The notes: generated from the letters alone by a model not told the origin. A stretch of DNA of 32,000 nt from Polynucleobacter necessarius (GCF_900095195.1 NZ_LT606950.1:1281946-1313945); one strand, 5' to 3'; numbered from the stretch's first letter, positions 1 through 9,926 are shown. A program made the numbers and translations.

Positions 1-581
1 TTTGGAAAGCTAATGGCCAAGAAATCTACCCCCATCGCAATCGCCGCATCTAAATCTGCAATGTCCTTTTCAGTTAATGCAGGCGCGGTCAATCCACCAC
101 CAGCGCGGTTAATCCCTTTATTGTTCGAAAGTGGGCCACCCTGCTCAACGATGGTAAAAATTTCGCCACCTTTAACGCTTTCGACTCGCAACACTACCAA
201 GCCGTCATTTAGTAAAAGACGATCGCCAGATTTCACATCATTTGGCAACTCTTTATAGTCAAGGCCAACACGCTCCTGATTGCCCAACTCACAAGCAACG
301 TCCAGGATAAATTTCTCGCCCTCCTTAAGAAGAATTTTGTTATCAATAAATTTTCCAACCCGAATTTTTGGGCCCTGCAAATCCGCCATGATGCCGACTT
401 CTTTTCCGGCTTCCGCAGAAATGCTGCGTACTAAATCATGGCGAGCCTTATGGTCAGCAACCGTGCCATGTGAAAAATTCATTCTCACCACATCAACACC
501 CGCGCGAATCATCTCACGTAAGACTTCTGGCTTCTCGGATGCGGGCCCTAAAGTTGCAATAATTTTGGTTGCTCTAAGCAT
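1..581 (-). CDS. pyk: pyruvate kinase, N-terminal part; gene runs off the left edge
   Basis: Not in the ORF track because it is truncated by the window. Minus-strand ATG at 581-579 translates as MLRATKIIATLGPASEKPEVLREMIRAGVDVVRMNFSHGTVADHKARHDL...MADLQGPKIRVGKF, a hallmark pyruvate kinase N-terminus. It starts 2 nt after the pgk stop, consistent with a pgk-pyk operon. Confidence 0.85.
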   Translation of the reverse strand, partial: MLRATKIIATLGPASEKPEVLREMIRAGVDVVRMNFSHGTVADHKARHDLVRSISAEAGKEVGIMADLQGPKIRVGKFIDNKILLKEGEKFILDVACELGNQERVGLDYKELPNDVKSGDRLLLNDGLVVLRVESVKGGEIFTIVEQGGPLSNNKGINRAGGGLTAPALTEKDIADLDAAIAMGVDFLAISFP

Positions 582-583
582 AA

Positions 584-1795
584 TTAGTCTTTCGCGCGCT
601 CAGCGAGAACCGCAAAGGCTGGCAAGGTTTTTCCTTCCAAAAATTCTAAGAAGGCACCGCCGCCAGTAGAGATGTAGTCAACTTGGTTTTCGATGCCATA
701 TTTTGCAATTGCGGCTAAGGTATCGCCACCGCCAGCAATCGAGAATGCGGGCGAATGCGCAATGGCCGCTGCTAACATTTTGGTGCCACCGCCAAATTGA
801 TCGATTTCAAATACACCCAGCGGGCCATTCCAAACAATCGTGCCGGCATGCGCGAGCATGATCGACAAACGTGCGGCAGTCTTCGGACCAATGTCCAAAA
901 TCATGTCGTCTTCGGCTACTTGATCTGCTGGTACCCGGTTTGCACGTGCAAGAGGAGAAAGTTCATTCGCCACAACCACGTCTTCTGGAATCGGTACATG
1001 CGCGCCACGCTTTTCCATCAACTCCATAATCTCGCGCGCCTCGTTTACCAAATCAGGCTCTGCAAGTGACTTGCCAATTGGCAAACCTTTAGCCAACATA
1101 AACGTATTAGCAATTCCGCCACCAACAATTAATTCATCGACTTTCTCAGAAAGCGCTTTCAAAATAGTCAATTTAGAAGACACCTTTGAGCCAGCAACAA
1201 TCGCAACCAACGGACGTTTCGGACTTGCGAGTGCACGACTTAACGCATCCAACTCAGCCGCCATTAATGGACCAGCACAAGCTATCGGCGCAAATTTTGC
1301 AACACCATTTGTCGTTGCTTCAGCGCGGTGAGCTGTCCCGAACGCATCATTGACATAAACATCACAAAGAGCAGCAATCTTTTTTGCTAGCTCATCATTG
1401 TTTTTTTTCTCGCCGACATTCAAGCGGCAATTTTCTAAAAGAACAACTTCGCCAGGCTGAACCTCAAATCCACCATTCACCCAATCACTAATCAGCGGAA
1501 CTTTTCGATTTAGCAGGGCAGCAATACGATCTGCTACTGGAGCTAACGAATCTTCTAGCTTAAATTCATTCTCGGTAGGGCGGCCCAAATGCGAAGTCAC
1601 CATTACAGCTGCGCCGGCATCCAAACACATTTGAACGGCAGGCATGGATGCCCGAATTCGAGCGTCCTCAGTAATATTCCCAGCCTCATCCTGGGGGACA
1701 TTAAGGTCGGCACGGATGAAAACCCGCTTTCCCTTCAATTGACCTGATTGGGCGAGTTCACTTAAACGCTTAACTTTAAACAAGGATTCCGGCAT
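584..1795 (-). CDS. pgk: phosphoglycerate kinase
   Basis: 403-aa ORF of full length for Pgk, with typical motifs (RADLNVP, TSHLGRP, ISTGGGA). Confidence 0.95.
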   Translation of the reverse strand: MPESLFKVKRLSELAQSGQLKGKRVFIRADLNVPQDEAGNITEDARIRASMPAVQMCLDAGAAVMVTSHLGRPTENEFKLEDSLAPVADRIAALLNRKVPLISDWVNGGFEVQPGEVVLLENCRLNVGEKKNNDELAKKIAALCDVYVNDAFGTAHRAEATTNGVAKFAPIACAGPLMAAELDALSRALASPKRPLVAIVAGSKVSSKLTILKALSEKVDELIVGGGIANTFMLAKGLPIGKSLAEPDLVNEAREIMELMEKRGAHVPIPEDVVVANELSPLARANRVPADQVAEDDMILDIGPKTAARLSIMLAHAGTIVWNGPLGVFEIDQFGGGTKMLAAAIAHSPAFSIAGGGDTLAAIAKYGIENQVDYISTGGGAFLEFLEGKTLPAFAVLAERAKD

Positions 1796-2004
1796 GACAG
1801 TGGCTAAATTTAGTGGTTTGTAAAGAATACTCTATTCTAAATCGTCCAGCCCTACCACCCCACAGGTCTGAGGCCTTAAACCGCTCCGCCTGCTCTACAA
1901 TAGAAATTTGGACGCTCAGTGACTCGAAACGCCTGTATCCGATGACCTGGCAACCTGATTAATCCGCTATTACAGATAGCTTATAGACACAAAAGGTAGA
2001 AAAA

Positions 2005-2928
2005 ATGTCGATGTCCGACCGCGATGGCTTTATTTGGTCCGATGGAAAGCTCATTCCTTGGCGTGAGGCCAATGTTCACGTGCTTACCCATAGCCTTCAC
2101 TACGGCATGGGTGTATTCGAAGGCATTCGGGCATACAAGACCCCCCAAGGCACTGCCATCTTCCGCCTACCGGAGCATGTAACACGCCTGTTCAACGGTA
2201 CCAAGATCTTTCAGATGAAGATGACCTTTAGCCCAGACAAAATCAGCAAGGGCATCATCGAGGTGGTTAACAGCAACAGGCTTGAATCTTGCTATATCCG
2301 CCCCATCATTTTTGTCGGCTCACAAAAACTAGGGATTTCACCCAAAGGCAACAGTATCCACACAGCAATAGCTGCATGGAAATGGGGTGCTTATCTAGGC
2401 GAAGATGGCCTCAATAAAGGCATTCGGGTGAAGACATCTTTTTTTACTCGCCACTTTGTGAACTCTTCACTTGTGCGTGCGAAAGCCTCTGGCTATTACA
2501 TCAATTCAATCCTGGCAAACCAAGAAGTCACTGCTAACGGATATGACGAGGCTCTATTGCTTGATACCGAAGGTTACGTCTCTGAAGGTTCTGGCGAAAA
2601 CCTCTTTATGGTGCGTAACGGCATTATCTACACGCCAGACTTAGCATCATGCCTAGATGGCATTACTCGTGATTCTGTCATGCAGATTGCTAAGGATCTA
2701 GGCTATGAAGTTCGCGAAAAACGTCTAACGCGTGATGAGGTCTACTCTGCAGATGAGGCATTCTTTACTGGCACAGCCGCTGAAGTAACGCCGATTCGTG
2801 AATTAGATGATCGCATGATCGGCGATGGCAAACGTGGAGCAATTACTGGGAAGATTCAGAAAACGTATTTTGATGCCGTTTATGGACGTAGCGATAAATA
2901 CAAATCTTGGCTCACTTACGTTAAATAA
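2005..2928 (+). CDS. ilvE: branched-chain amino acid aminotransferase
   Basis: 307-aa ORF with class IV aminotransferase features (GMGVFEGIRAY, EGSGENLF, TGTAAEVTPI). Confidence 0.9.
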   Translation: MSMSDRDGFIWSDGKLIPWREANVHVLTHSLHYGMGVFEGIRAYKTPQGTAIFRLPEHVTRLFNGTKIFQMKMTFSPDKISKGIIEVVNSNRLESCYIRPIIFVGSQKLGISPKGNSIHTAIAAWKWGAYLGEDGLNKGIRVKTSFFTRHFVNSSLVRAKASGYYINSILANQEVTANGYDEALLLDTEGYVSEGSGENLFMVRNGIIYTPDLASCLDGITRDSVMQIAKDLGYEVREKRLTRDEVYSADEAFFTGTAAEVTPIRELDDRMIGDGKRGAITGKIQKTYFDAVYGRSDKYKSWLTYVK

Positions 2929-2952
2929 TCTTTAGCAATCAGGAAACACGGT

Positions 2953-3141
2953 ATGGCTCAAGCTCAAATAACAATGGTCGATGGCAAAGATCTGCCATTG
3001 CATTGCCCAACTAATAAAACACCCGCGTGGAACTTACATCCACGCGTATTTTTGGACATCACTAAATCCGATGAAGCGAAGTGCCCGTACTGCGGCGCTA
3101 AGTACAAACTGATTCCCGGCACCGAGCCCCACGGCCATTAA
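2953..3141 (+). CDS. small zinc-finger (zf-CHCC-type) protein
   Basis: 62-aa ORF with LHCP...HPRVFLDI...CPYCGAKY. It occupies the conserved position between ilvE and waaF seen in Burkholderiales. Confidence 0.7.
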   Translation: MAQAQITMVDGKDLPLHCPTNKTPAWNLHPRVFLDITKSDEAKCPYCGAKYKLIPGTEPHGH

Positions 3142-3146
3142 CCATA

Positions 3147-3174
3147 TCAGCGCTCCAGAGAAGTGGAGCGCTGA
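3147..3174 (+). other. perfect 11-bp stem-loop between the zinc-finger gene and waaF
   Basis: TCAGCGCTCCA-gagaag-TGGAGCGCTGA. No U-tract follows, so it is not a canonical intrinsic terminator. It could be an attenuator or an RNA-stabilising element. Confidence 0.4.
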
Positions 3175-3189
3175 GTCAGGATACATGAC

Positions 3190-4224
3190 ATGCAAGGTAT
3201 TCTGATCATTGCCCCAAATTGGATTGGGGACGCGGTGATGACCCAGCCGCTACTGGCAAAACTTAAATCGCAATACCCAAACTCAACGATTGATGTACTT
3301 GCTAGTACTTGGGTTGCGCCCATATATCGCGCTTGCTCTGAAGTGTCTGAAGTTATCGAAGCGGAATTCGAGCATAAGCAGTTGCAATGGGGCTTGCGAA
3401 AAAGAATTGCAAGCACTATTCAAGCAAGAAATTATCAACTCTGTTTTGTATTGCCAAATAGCTTTAAGTCCGCATTAATTCCTTGGTTAGCTAATATTCC
3501 ATTGCGCGTTGGCTATCGTGGAGAGTTTCGCTATGGACTTATTAACGTATCGCTAAGCAATCCAAGCAAAGTGAATCGCCCTCCAATGGTGAACCACTAC
3601 CTGGCACTAAGCCAACTTCTTATAGATGATGAACAAGCGTCTTTTAGCGAAATAACCCCAACATTAAATGTTTCGAATCAGGCGAAGAAATCCGTTGAAC
3701 ATAAACTCGCTAATAGCAATATCAATCCAAATACTCTTTATGTATTTTGTCCTGGAGCTGAGTATGGTCCAGCGAAACGCTGGCCGGCCAGTCATTTTGC
3801 AAAGCTAACAGAAGATCTCATTCAAGAAAATTCTGAAGCGCGAGTAGTTCTCTTGGGCAGTAAGGGCGATCATGAGATAGCCGAAGACATTCGACAACAG
3901 ACTAGTAATCAAACAAAAATACAAAATTGGTGCGGAAATACCTCCCTTGATGAAGCAATTGCTCTTATTGAGCTAGCTAAAGCAGTCGTCAGCAATGATT
4001 CTGGATTGATGCACATTGCAGCTGCACTGAAAACACCACAAGTGGCTATTTACGGCTCAAGCGAGCCGGCGCATACTCCTCCACTATCTGATAAAGCCAA
4101 AGTTATTTGGCTTAGCCTTCCCTGCAGCCCTTGTCACAAAAGAGAATGCCCGCTTGGTCACCTAAAATGCTTAATTGACATACAGCCTCAACAAGTTTTA
4201 GCTACACTAAACACCTTGCAATAA
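3190..4224 (+). CDS. waaF: ADP-heptose:LPS heptosyltransferase II
   Basis: 344-aa ORF of glycosyltransferase family 9, with N-terminus ILIIAPNWIGDAVMTQPLL and the motifs NDSGLMHIAAAL and PCSPCHKRECP. Confidence 0.85.
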   Translation: MQGILIIAPNWIGDAVMTQPLLAKLKSQYPNSTIDVLASTWVAPIYRACSEVSEVIEAEFEHKQLQWGLRKRIASTIQARNYQLCFVLPNSFKSALIPWLANIPLRVGYRGEFRYGLINVSLSNPSKVNRPPMVNHYLALSQLLIDDEQASFSEITPTLNVSNQAKKSVEHKLANSNINPNTLYVFCPGAEYGPAKRWPASHFAKLTEDLIQENSEARVVLLGSKGDHEIAEDIRQQTSNQTKIQNWCGNTSLDEAIALIELAKAVVSNDSGLMHIAAALKTPQVAIYGSSEPAHTPPLSDKAKVIWLSLPCSPCHKRECPLGHLKCLIDIQPQQVLATLNTLQ

Positions 4225-4244
4225 ATACTCAGGGATAATTAGTC

Positions 4245-4678
4245 ATGACTAAGCTAGCTAGACTCTTTTACAATGCCGATGATGTGGTTGATGCATGGCG
4301 CGATGCTCTGCGTCACCGCGATGTCAAAGGGGCTCTGGATATTTTGCTAGATGATGATTCTATTACTTGCGTTCTACCAGAGGGACACCGCTTAAGTGGT
4401 CACGTAGAAATTCGAGAGGGCCTAGAAAGGTTGTTATCAAAACAGCCATTATTTCTAGAACCAATTCTTGTATCAGTCACTCTATATTGGGAGCAGCAGT
4501 CTATGACACGACTGAAGCGGTTCATTTGCGAGCAGATCAAGTTGAAGCAGAATTCTTTCTCAACATTACTTTAGTTTTACTGCAAGATAGTCAAGGCTGG
4601 CGTATTGCTCATTTACACGCCAGCAGATCTACTGACGACAGCTTTGATGCACCAAACTCTCCACACGGTTTCCACTAA
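4245..4678 (+). pseudogene. SnoaL/NTF2-like (DUF4440-type) protein, frameshifted
   Basis: Two overlapping ORFs (4245..4574 and 4367..4678) in different frames. The N-terminal half reads sensibly only in frame 1 (MTKLARLFYNADDVVDAWRDAL...LFLEPILVSV). The C-terminal half reads sensibly only in frame 2 (SILGAAVYDTTEAVHLRADQVEAEFFLNITLVLLQDSQGWRIAHLHAS). The frame switch is at about 4470-4495. Confidence 0.6.
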
Positions 4679-4683
4679 TTGAT

Positions 4684-5301
4684 ATGGATGAGCAAGTATT
4701 ACGCTCACTCATCAAATGGCCGAATGTGCCCGATTGTTTTGGCTGGCTAGCCCTGGATCGCCGTGGTCAATGGTGCATGGTTGATGAATTTGCACAGCAG
4801 AATCAATTACCAGGTCAAATCATCCAACATGCTGCCCTCAATGAATGCATTCGCCGCAATTATGCAAGCGACTCATTTGGGCGATTCTTTTTTCAGAACG
4901 GTCCTCAGCGAGTCTTCATCACGCTAGCAGTCACCCCTTGGGTTGCTCGCATCATTCCTAGCGAAAGTGGATCGCAGATAGTTACACAATGTCATAAAAC
5001 CATGGAACCTAGTGCTGCGCTCAGCGATGAACAGGGAAATATTTACATACTAGGATCGACTATAGAAACAATTTGTACCGATTTCGATCACCAGCAGTTT
5101 GAAACCGCAGAGCGATCAATAGTTGCCCTGTTACATGATCATGATTTAGATCTTTTCTCTGAGTTGGCCAAACCTCGCGAAGAAGTCTGCAGTTTCGGCG
5201 GCTCTTGGAACTGGCATGGAGAACGGTTACCGCTTGATCCTATACATTCGGATGAATTAAGTAAAAAATTTGGCTTTATTCAACACCCACAGCCTATTTA
5301 G
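4684..5301 (+). CDS. conserved hypothetical protein
   Basis: 205-aa uninterrupted ORF (LIKWPNVPDCFGWLALDRRGQWCM...). I cannot assign a family from sequence alone. Its stop overlaps the convergent M48 protease gene by 4 nt. Confidence 0.55.
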   Translation: MDEQVLRSLIKWPNVPDCFGWLALDRRGQWCMVDEFAQQNQLPGQIIQHAALNECIRRNYASDSFGRFFFQNGPQRVFITLAVTPWVARIIPSESGSQIVTQCHKTMEPSAALSDEQGNIYILGSTIETICTDFDHQQFETAERSIVALLHDHDLDLFSELAKPREEVCSFGGSWNWHGERLPLDPIHSDELSKKFGFIQHPQPI

Positions 5302-6998
5302 CTCGGCAACTGCTTCTTCTCTTTTAGCTCTTCGTTGTACTGCCTCTGCATTTCTCGCAAACGCGCATCGATACTAGAGCTTTGATAAAAATCAGCGCCA
5401 CCGACGCTACGAGCAATCTTTAGCTGCTCAATTGCAGACGGCCAAGCACCCTCAAGAGCATATTTCTCTCCAAGGGCGTAATGCCGCATCGGCACGTTCT
5501 TGGCCTGATCGTAAGCATTCGAAAGCAAGCTCCACCAGAGAATTTCGTTAGGCTGAGAACGGGTTCGAGCCTTTAGCCATGCAATCGCATCATTTGTACG
5601 CCCCATTTTTAACTCTGCATTAATCATAGCTGCGCCAGCAGCATAGGATTGTGGGTAGGTACGTAACGCATTTTGTGCAATTTGCAATGCTTCTTCATTT
5701 CGACCTTTTGCTAAGGCGAGTTCTGAAACCGTAATCTCCAAAGATAAACTTTGACGCTGTATCGGAGAGCCCGGTACGCTCGCTTTCTGCGCCAAGTTTC
5801 GAGCCTGTTGCAAATCTGTCTCTGCCTGATCCCATTTGCCTTGACGCTGCGCAATCAGAGCAAGGCCATAAAATCCCTCCATTTGCTTGCCGATTTGAGA
5901 TTGTTTACTCAAACCATCAAAAGTATTTTTTAAGTCGTACAGCCCACTAGAACTTCCTGCTTGCTCCATACGAGCTCGAGCCTTAATAAAGTAAAACTCA
6001 ATAGCCGTCGATACATTCCGCGATGGAACGGTACGCGCGCGATCTTGTATATCCGCAATACGATTGGTAGTTAATGGGTGGGTGCGCACATAAGTTGGCA
6101 CTCCATTATCCATAATGCCGGTAATTTTTTGCAAACGCTGAAAAAAACCCGGTGCGCCATTCACATCATATCCGCTAGCATCCAGTATCTGAAAACCAAT
6201 TCGATCTGCTTCCCGCTCGGCATCCCTTGAATAAGAGAGTTGATTGTTTATCGCAGCCGCTTGACCGCCCTGCATCAAGCCTGCTGCAGCCTGAGGATTA
6301 CGCGACATTGCTAATGCACCCAGAACCATGCCAGCTATTGCAATCATAGTGTTGGTGGTTTGTCTATCCATTTGCCGAGCAAGATGGCGTTGTAAAACAT
6401 GTCCTGTTTCATGCCCCATGACTGAAGCCACTTCCGAATCTGATTCGGCACTAACGATCAAGCCCGTGTGAAAACCTATAAAGCCACCAAGTAAAGCAAA
6501 TGCATTAATACTGCTATCCCTGACTGCAAATACCTCGAAGTTATAGGCACCGCTACCTTGCTCATTTGCACCGCCAAGCTGTAATTTTTTGGCTGCTTGC
6601 AATAAACGTCGTTCCATTTGATTGAGGTAATCATAAATAGGCAAATCGTTTGAGTAATCTGCATCTGGTCTAATTTGCCGCATGATCAGCTCGCCATACT
6701 TGCGCTCATCAATACGACTTAATGCATCTCCACCTGGATCACCCATATCGGGTAAAACAATCATTGGCTGACTTTGCATAGTGTTACAGGTTAGCGCATT
6801 TGCCGGCCTGGCATCAGGTGACTGCATGGCACGACCTATATTCTGGATCGCAGCAGAATTACCCTCTACCGAAACATCCCCAAGAGGTTGAGCTGCATAT
6901 GCCGGCAGGCATCCCGTGCAAGCTACCCCCATAGCAAGCTGAATTGCTAATATACGATGCCAAATTGAGATTTTATGAGTCAACTTTATGTTCTGCAT
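5298..6998 (-). CDS. M48 family metalloprotease with C-terminal TPR repeats (BepA/YfgC-like)
   Basis: 566-aa ORF with an N-terminal signal peptide, an HExxH zinc motif ([12 protein letters not shown]) and a TPR-like C-terminal half. Confidence 0.85.
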   Translation of the reverse strand: MQNIKLTHKISIWHRILAIQLAMGVACTGCLPAYAAQPLGDVSVEGNSAAIQNIGRAMQSPDARPANALTCNTMQSQPMIVLPDMGDPGGDALSRIDERKYGELIMRQIRPDADYSNDLPIYDYLNQMERRLLQAAKKLQLGGANEQGSGAYNFEVFAVRDSSINAFALLGGFIGFHTGLIVSAESDSEVASVMGHETGHVLQRHLARQMDRQTTNTMIAIAGMVLGALAMSRNPQAAAGLMQGGQAAAINNQLSYSRDAEREADRIGFQILDASGYDVNGAPGFFQRLQKITGIMDNGVPTYVRTHPLTTNRIADIQDRARTVPSRNVSTAIEFYFIKARARMEQAGSSSGLYDLKNTFDGLSKQSQIGKQMEGFYGLALIAQRQGKWDQAETDLQQARNLAQKASVPGSPIQRQSLSLEITVSELALAKGRNEEALQIAQNALRTYPQSYAAGAAMINAELKMGRTNDAIAWLKARTRSQPNEILWWSLLSNAYDQAKNVPMRHYALGEKYALEGAWPSAIEQLKIARSVGGADFYQSSSIDARLREMQRQYNEELKEKKQLPS

Positions 6999-7021
6999 GC
7001 CTATATGGTAAAACTTATCCC

Positions 7022-7499
7022 ATGAACAAACTAACGCATTTTGATGATAGTGGCCAAGCCCATATGGTCAACGTAGCTGATAAACCCAGCACCCATCGCA
7101 TTGCCATTGCTACCGGCAAGATTACGATGCAACCCGAAACCTTCAAAATGGTTGAAGCCGGAAGCCATAAAAAAGGGGGATGTCTTAGGTATCGCCCGTA
7201 TCGCAGGTATTCAGGCATCTAAAAGAACCGCCGATTTGATTCCACTTTGCCATCCACTTGCTCTGACGCATGTCAGCTTGGAGTTTCAACATAATTCAGA
7301 AACGAAAAGCATTGCTTGCCAGGTGAGAGCAGAAACAACGGGGCCAACCGGGGTTGAAATGGAAGCCCTCACTGCTGTCCAAGTCGCGCTGCTCACAATA
7401 TACGATATGTGCAAAGCAGTAGACTGAGGAATGGTGATTGGTGATGTGAAACTACTCGAGAAGAGTGGTGGTAAAAGCGGAGAGTGGAAAGCGGTCTAG
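7022..7499 (+). pseudogene. moaC: cyclic pyranopterin monophosphate synthase MoaC, inactivated by 1 frameshift and 1 in-frame TGA
   Basis: [21 protein letters not shown]...GSHKKG reads in one frame and [27 protein letters not shown]...[26 protein letters not shown] in the next. The shift falls in the A6G5 run at 7168-7179. TGA at 7425-7427 is followed in the same frame by GMVIGDVKLLEKSGGKSGEWKAV*, which is the normal MoaC C-terminus. Confidence 0.85.
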
Positions 7500-7504
7500 T
7501 AAAC

Positions 7505-7534
7505 ACAAAAAATAAGTCGCCCTAAGACGACTTA
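7505..7534 (-). terminator. intrinsic terminator downstream of the pilin gene
   Basis: Stem TAAGTCG / CGACTTA (7513-7519 and 7528-7534), followed on the minus strand by a T6 run (plus-strand A6 at 7507-7512). It lies between the convergent moaC and pilin loci. Confidence 0.55.
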
Positions 7535-7559
7535 ATATGCAAACATTACGAGGTGCTTT

Positions 7560-8055
7560 TTATTTGCTGATCCTGCACTCTGAAGGCAGTAACTGAGGGA
7601 TCAGATTCGTTTCGGATGATCTGCAAGACCAACCCCCTGACCATGTAGACCCCTCTGGCTTTGACAAATCAATTGGTCTTGGCGATATTAGCATCAGGCT
7701 CATTTGTGGGAACGAGGTGCAAGGTATTTCTACCATCAGGAGCCACGCTGACTTGATAATCAATCGCTATTGCCCCAGAAGGTGTAATTTCAATCAGCTT
7801 CACGCTTCGTGTTGGCGTATAGGTAAAGGCTCCATTCGTTGCCTCATCCATTCGTACCGTTCCGCGACTGGCAAATGCTTCTGTAACAGCTAATTTAGCG
7901 CTTGAGGAAAGATTCATACCTTCTACAACACGACTGCGAGCAATGTAGTCTTGATACTGTGGAACGGCCACTGCTACCAAAATGCCAATGATGGCAACAA
8001 CGACCATAACCTCAATAATGTGAAACCTGCATCATGTTTGATGTCTTGTTGCATT
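7560..8055 (-). pseudogene. type IV pilin (PilA/PilE-like), two frameshifts
   Basis: The leader and start of the mature protein (MQQDIKHDAG|FTL) are in one frame. The hydrophobic core and body (VMVVVAIIGILVAVAVPQYQDYIARSRVVEG...) are in a second frame. The C-terminal disulfide-loop region (WSGGWSCRSSETNLIPQLLPSECRISK*) returns to the first frame. The shifts are at about 8014-8020 (observed ttattg where ttaattg would give FTLIEVM) and about 7670-7685. Confidence 0.75.
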
Positions 8056-8217
8056 TCTGGATTCTCTTTTGGACTCTGCATGTCTTTTTGCTCCTGAGGG
8101 TTAGTTACCTCATGATCCAGTCTAAACCTCTTTTCAATCAGGTAAAGTGCATAAGAAAAAGTCGACTGTGTGAGCCGGCTTTTCTGAATCTTTAGCAAGA
8201 AATGGATGCCACTAACG

Positions 8218-8922
8218 TTACCCCTCTTTGTGGGCATTCTTTCTCTTGAAATAAGTGCCTACCAAGATCACTATCGCTACGCCAATGATTTCAAAAGCAA
8301 GCTTTGCATCGCCTAGAGCCTTTTGGATGTTTACTTTGATAGCAGGATCATCCACTAACATACCGCCCGCGAGCAAGCCTAACAGGCCCGCACCAAGGGT
8401 GATGATGATTGGAAAGCGCTCCATCACCTTTAAAAGCATGGCGCTACCAAAAATAATCAATGGAATAGACATAGCAAGACCGATGATTAAAAGAAGTAAG
8501 CGCGTTTCTTCTGGACCTTTTTGAGCGGCAGCAGCAACTGCCAAAACGTTATCTAAACTCATCACCAAGTCGGCAACCAAAATTGTTCGGATCGCCGCCC
8601 AAATACTAGACTTAGCCTCCATGTGTTCCTCACCATCGCTATCTGCTAGCAACTGAATACCAATGTAGAGCAACAGGATACCGCCAATAATTTTGAGGTA
8701 CGGGAGCGTTAATAAAGCAACCGCGGTGATAGTCAAAACAACTCGCAAAATAATTGCCGCTGCACTACCCCAAAAGATTGCCTTTTTTTGTTGCGCTGGA
8801 GGCAAATTACGGGATGCCAATGCGATCACCACTGCGTTGTCGCCCGACAACAAAATATTTGCAACAATGATTGATAGAAGCGCCGCCCAAAAGGTGGCAT
8901 CAGAGAATGCTGAAAAATCCAT
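8218..8922 (-). CDS. TerC family integral membrane protein (YjbE-like)
   Basis: 234-aa polytopic ORF with the duplicated TerC signature (LSGDNAVVIAL ... SLDNVLAVAAA). Confidence 0.85.
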   Translation of the reverse strand: MDFSAFSDATFWAALLSIIVANILLSGDNAVVIALASRNLPPAQQKKAIFWGSAAAIILRVVLTITAVALLTLPYLKIIGGILLLYIGIQLLADSDGEEHMEAKSSIWAAIRTILVADLVMSLDNVLAVAAAAQKGPEETRLLLLIIGLAMSIPLIIFGSAMLLKVMERFPIIITLGAGLLGLLAGGMLVDDPAIKVNIQKALGDAKLAFEIIGVAIVILVGTYFKRKNAHKEG

Positions 8923-8976
8923 ATTGTCTCCCTACTTTTTTATGTTTTTACTATTTTTTAATTACTATTTACTACT

Positions 8977-9007
8977 GAAAAGGATGCTGAATATCAGCAT
9001 CCTTTTC
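8977..9007 (-). terminator. intrinsic terminator after sucD
   Basis: Perfect 14-bp stem GAAAAGGATGCTGA-ata-TCAGCATCCTTTTC, 11 nt downstream of the sucD stop. The U-rich end is partly inside the stem. Confidence 0.6.
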
Positions 9008-9017
9008 TGATTGCTTA

Positions 9018-9911
9018 TTACAGCATAGCTTTCAACAAAGCCGCCATTTCAGATGGGTTCTTTGTGACTTTGAAGCCACACTCTTTCATCACCGCAAGTT
9101 TTGCATCAGCCGTATCGGCACCACCAGAAATCAATGCGCCTGCATGACCCATACGCTTACCTGGAGGAGCAGTAACGCCCGCAATAAAGCCGACTACTGG
9201 CTTTTTCATGTTTTCTTTGCACCAGCGAGCTGCTTCGGCTTCATCCGGACCACCAATTTCACCAATCATGATCACAGCATCAGTGTCTTGATCTTCGTTG
9301 AACATGCGCATCACATCAATGTGCTTTAAGCCGTTGATAGGGTCGCCACCAATACCAACCGCTGTAGATTGGCCCAAACCAATCGAGGTCAACTGACCAA
9401 CAGCCTCGTACGTCAATGTACCAGAGCGGCTAACTACACCGATACGGCCCTTTTTATGAATATGGCCAGGCATGATGCCAATCTTAATTTCATCAGGGGT
9501 GATGATTCCAGGGCAGTTAGGTCCGAGCAGCAATGTTTGCTTACCACCTTTGGCTTCTTTTGCCTTCATCTTGTTACGCACTTCCAACATGTCGCGCACA
9601 GGAATACCTTCCGTAATACAGATCACAAAATCGAGATCCGCCTCTACCGCTTCCCAAATAGCTGCGGCAGCACCAGGGGGAGGAACATAAATAACAGAAG
9701 TGGTTGCACCAGTTTGCTGGGTAGCCTCTTTGACAGTTGCATAAATTGGAATGTCAAAAATTGACTCGCCAGCTTTTTTTGGATTGACGCCAGCAACAAA
9801 ACAATTTTTACCATTTGCGTATTCCTGACACTTTTCAGTGTGGAATTGACCGGTCTTACCAGTAATACCTTGTGTAATGACTTTGGTGTTTTTATTGATC
9901 AAAATAGACAT
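9018..9911 (-). CDS. sucD: succinyl-CoA ligase [ADP-forming] subunit alpha
   Basis: 297-aa ORF with the canonical SucD sequence ([30 protein letters not shown]). Confidence 0.95.
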   Translation of the reverse strand: MSILINKNTKVITQGITGKTGQFHTEKCQEYANGKNCFVAGVNPKKAGESIFDIPIYATVKEATQQTGATTSVIYVPPPGAAAAIWEAVEADLDFVICITEGIPVRDMLEVRNKMKAKEAKGGKQTLLLGPNCPGIITPDEIKIGIMPGHIHKKGRIGVVSRSGTLTYEAVGQLTSIGLGQSTAVGIGGDPINGLKHIDVMRMFNEDQDTDAVIMIGEIGGPDEAEAARWCKENMKKPVVGFIAGVTAPPGKRMGHAGALISGGADTADAKLAVMKECGFKVTKNPSEMAALLKAML

Positions 9912-9926
9912 ATTGAAATTCCTGGA

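Noticed and set aside
797-1331. ORF-track entries antisense to pgk (797..1069 and 1071..1331), with similar antisense or out-of-frame ORFs inside sucD/sucC (9144..10344), recA (12015..12512, 12678..13211), amt (20345..21129), lnt, glyS and others.
   Set aside because: They lie entirely within well-supported conserved genes on the other strand or frame. Their translations are low-complexity or Arg/Ser/Pro-rich with no recognisable motifs, so they are shadow ORFs.
6999-7021. The very short (23 bp) divergent intergenic region between the M48 protease and moaC starts might be a shared regulatory element or a sign of a mis-called start.
   Set aside because: Both N-termini look genuine: a signal peptide for the protease and [16 protein letters not shown] for MoaC. 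I saw no motif in the 23 bp, so it is probably just compact spacing with the promoters inside neighbouring sequence.
8923-9017. Possible yybP-ykoY (Mn) riboswitch upstream of the TerC-family gene.
   Set aside because: The leader is only 95 nt, very AT-rich, and mostly occupied by the sucD terminator hairpin. I saw no conserved riboswitch helices.
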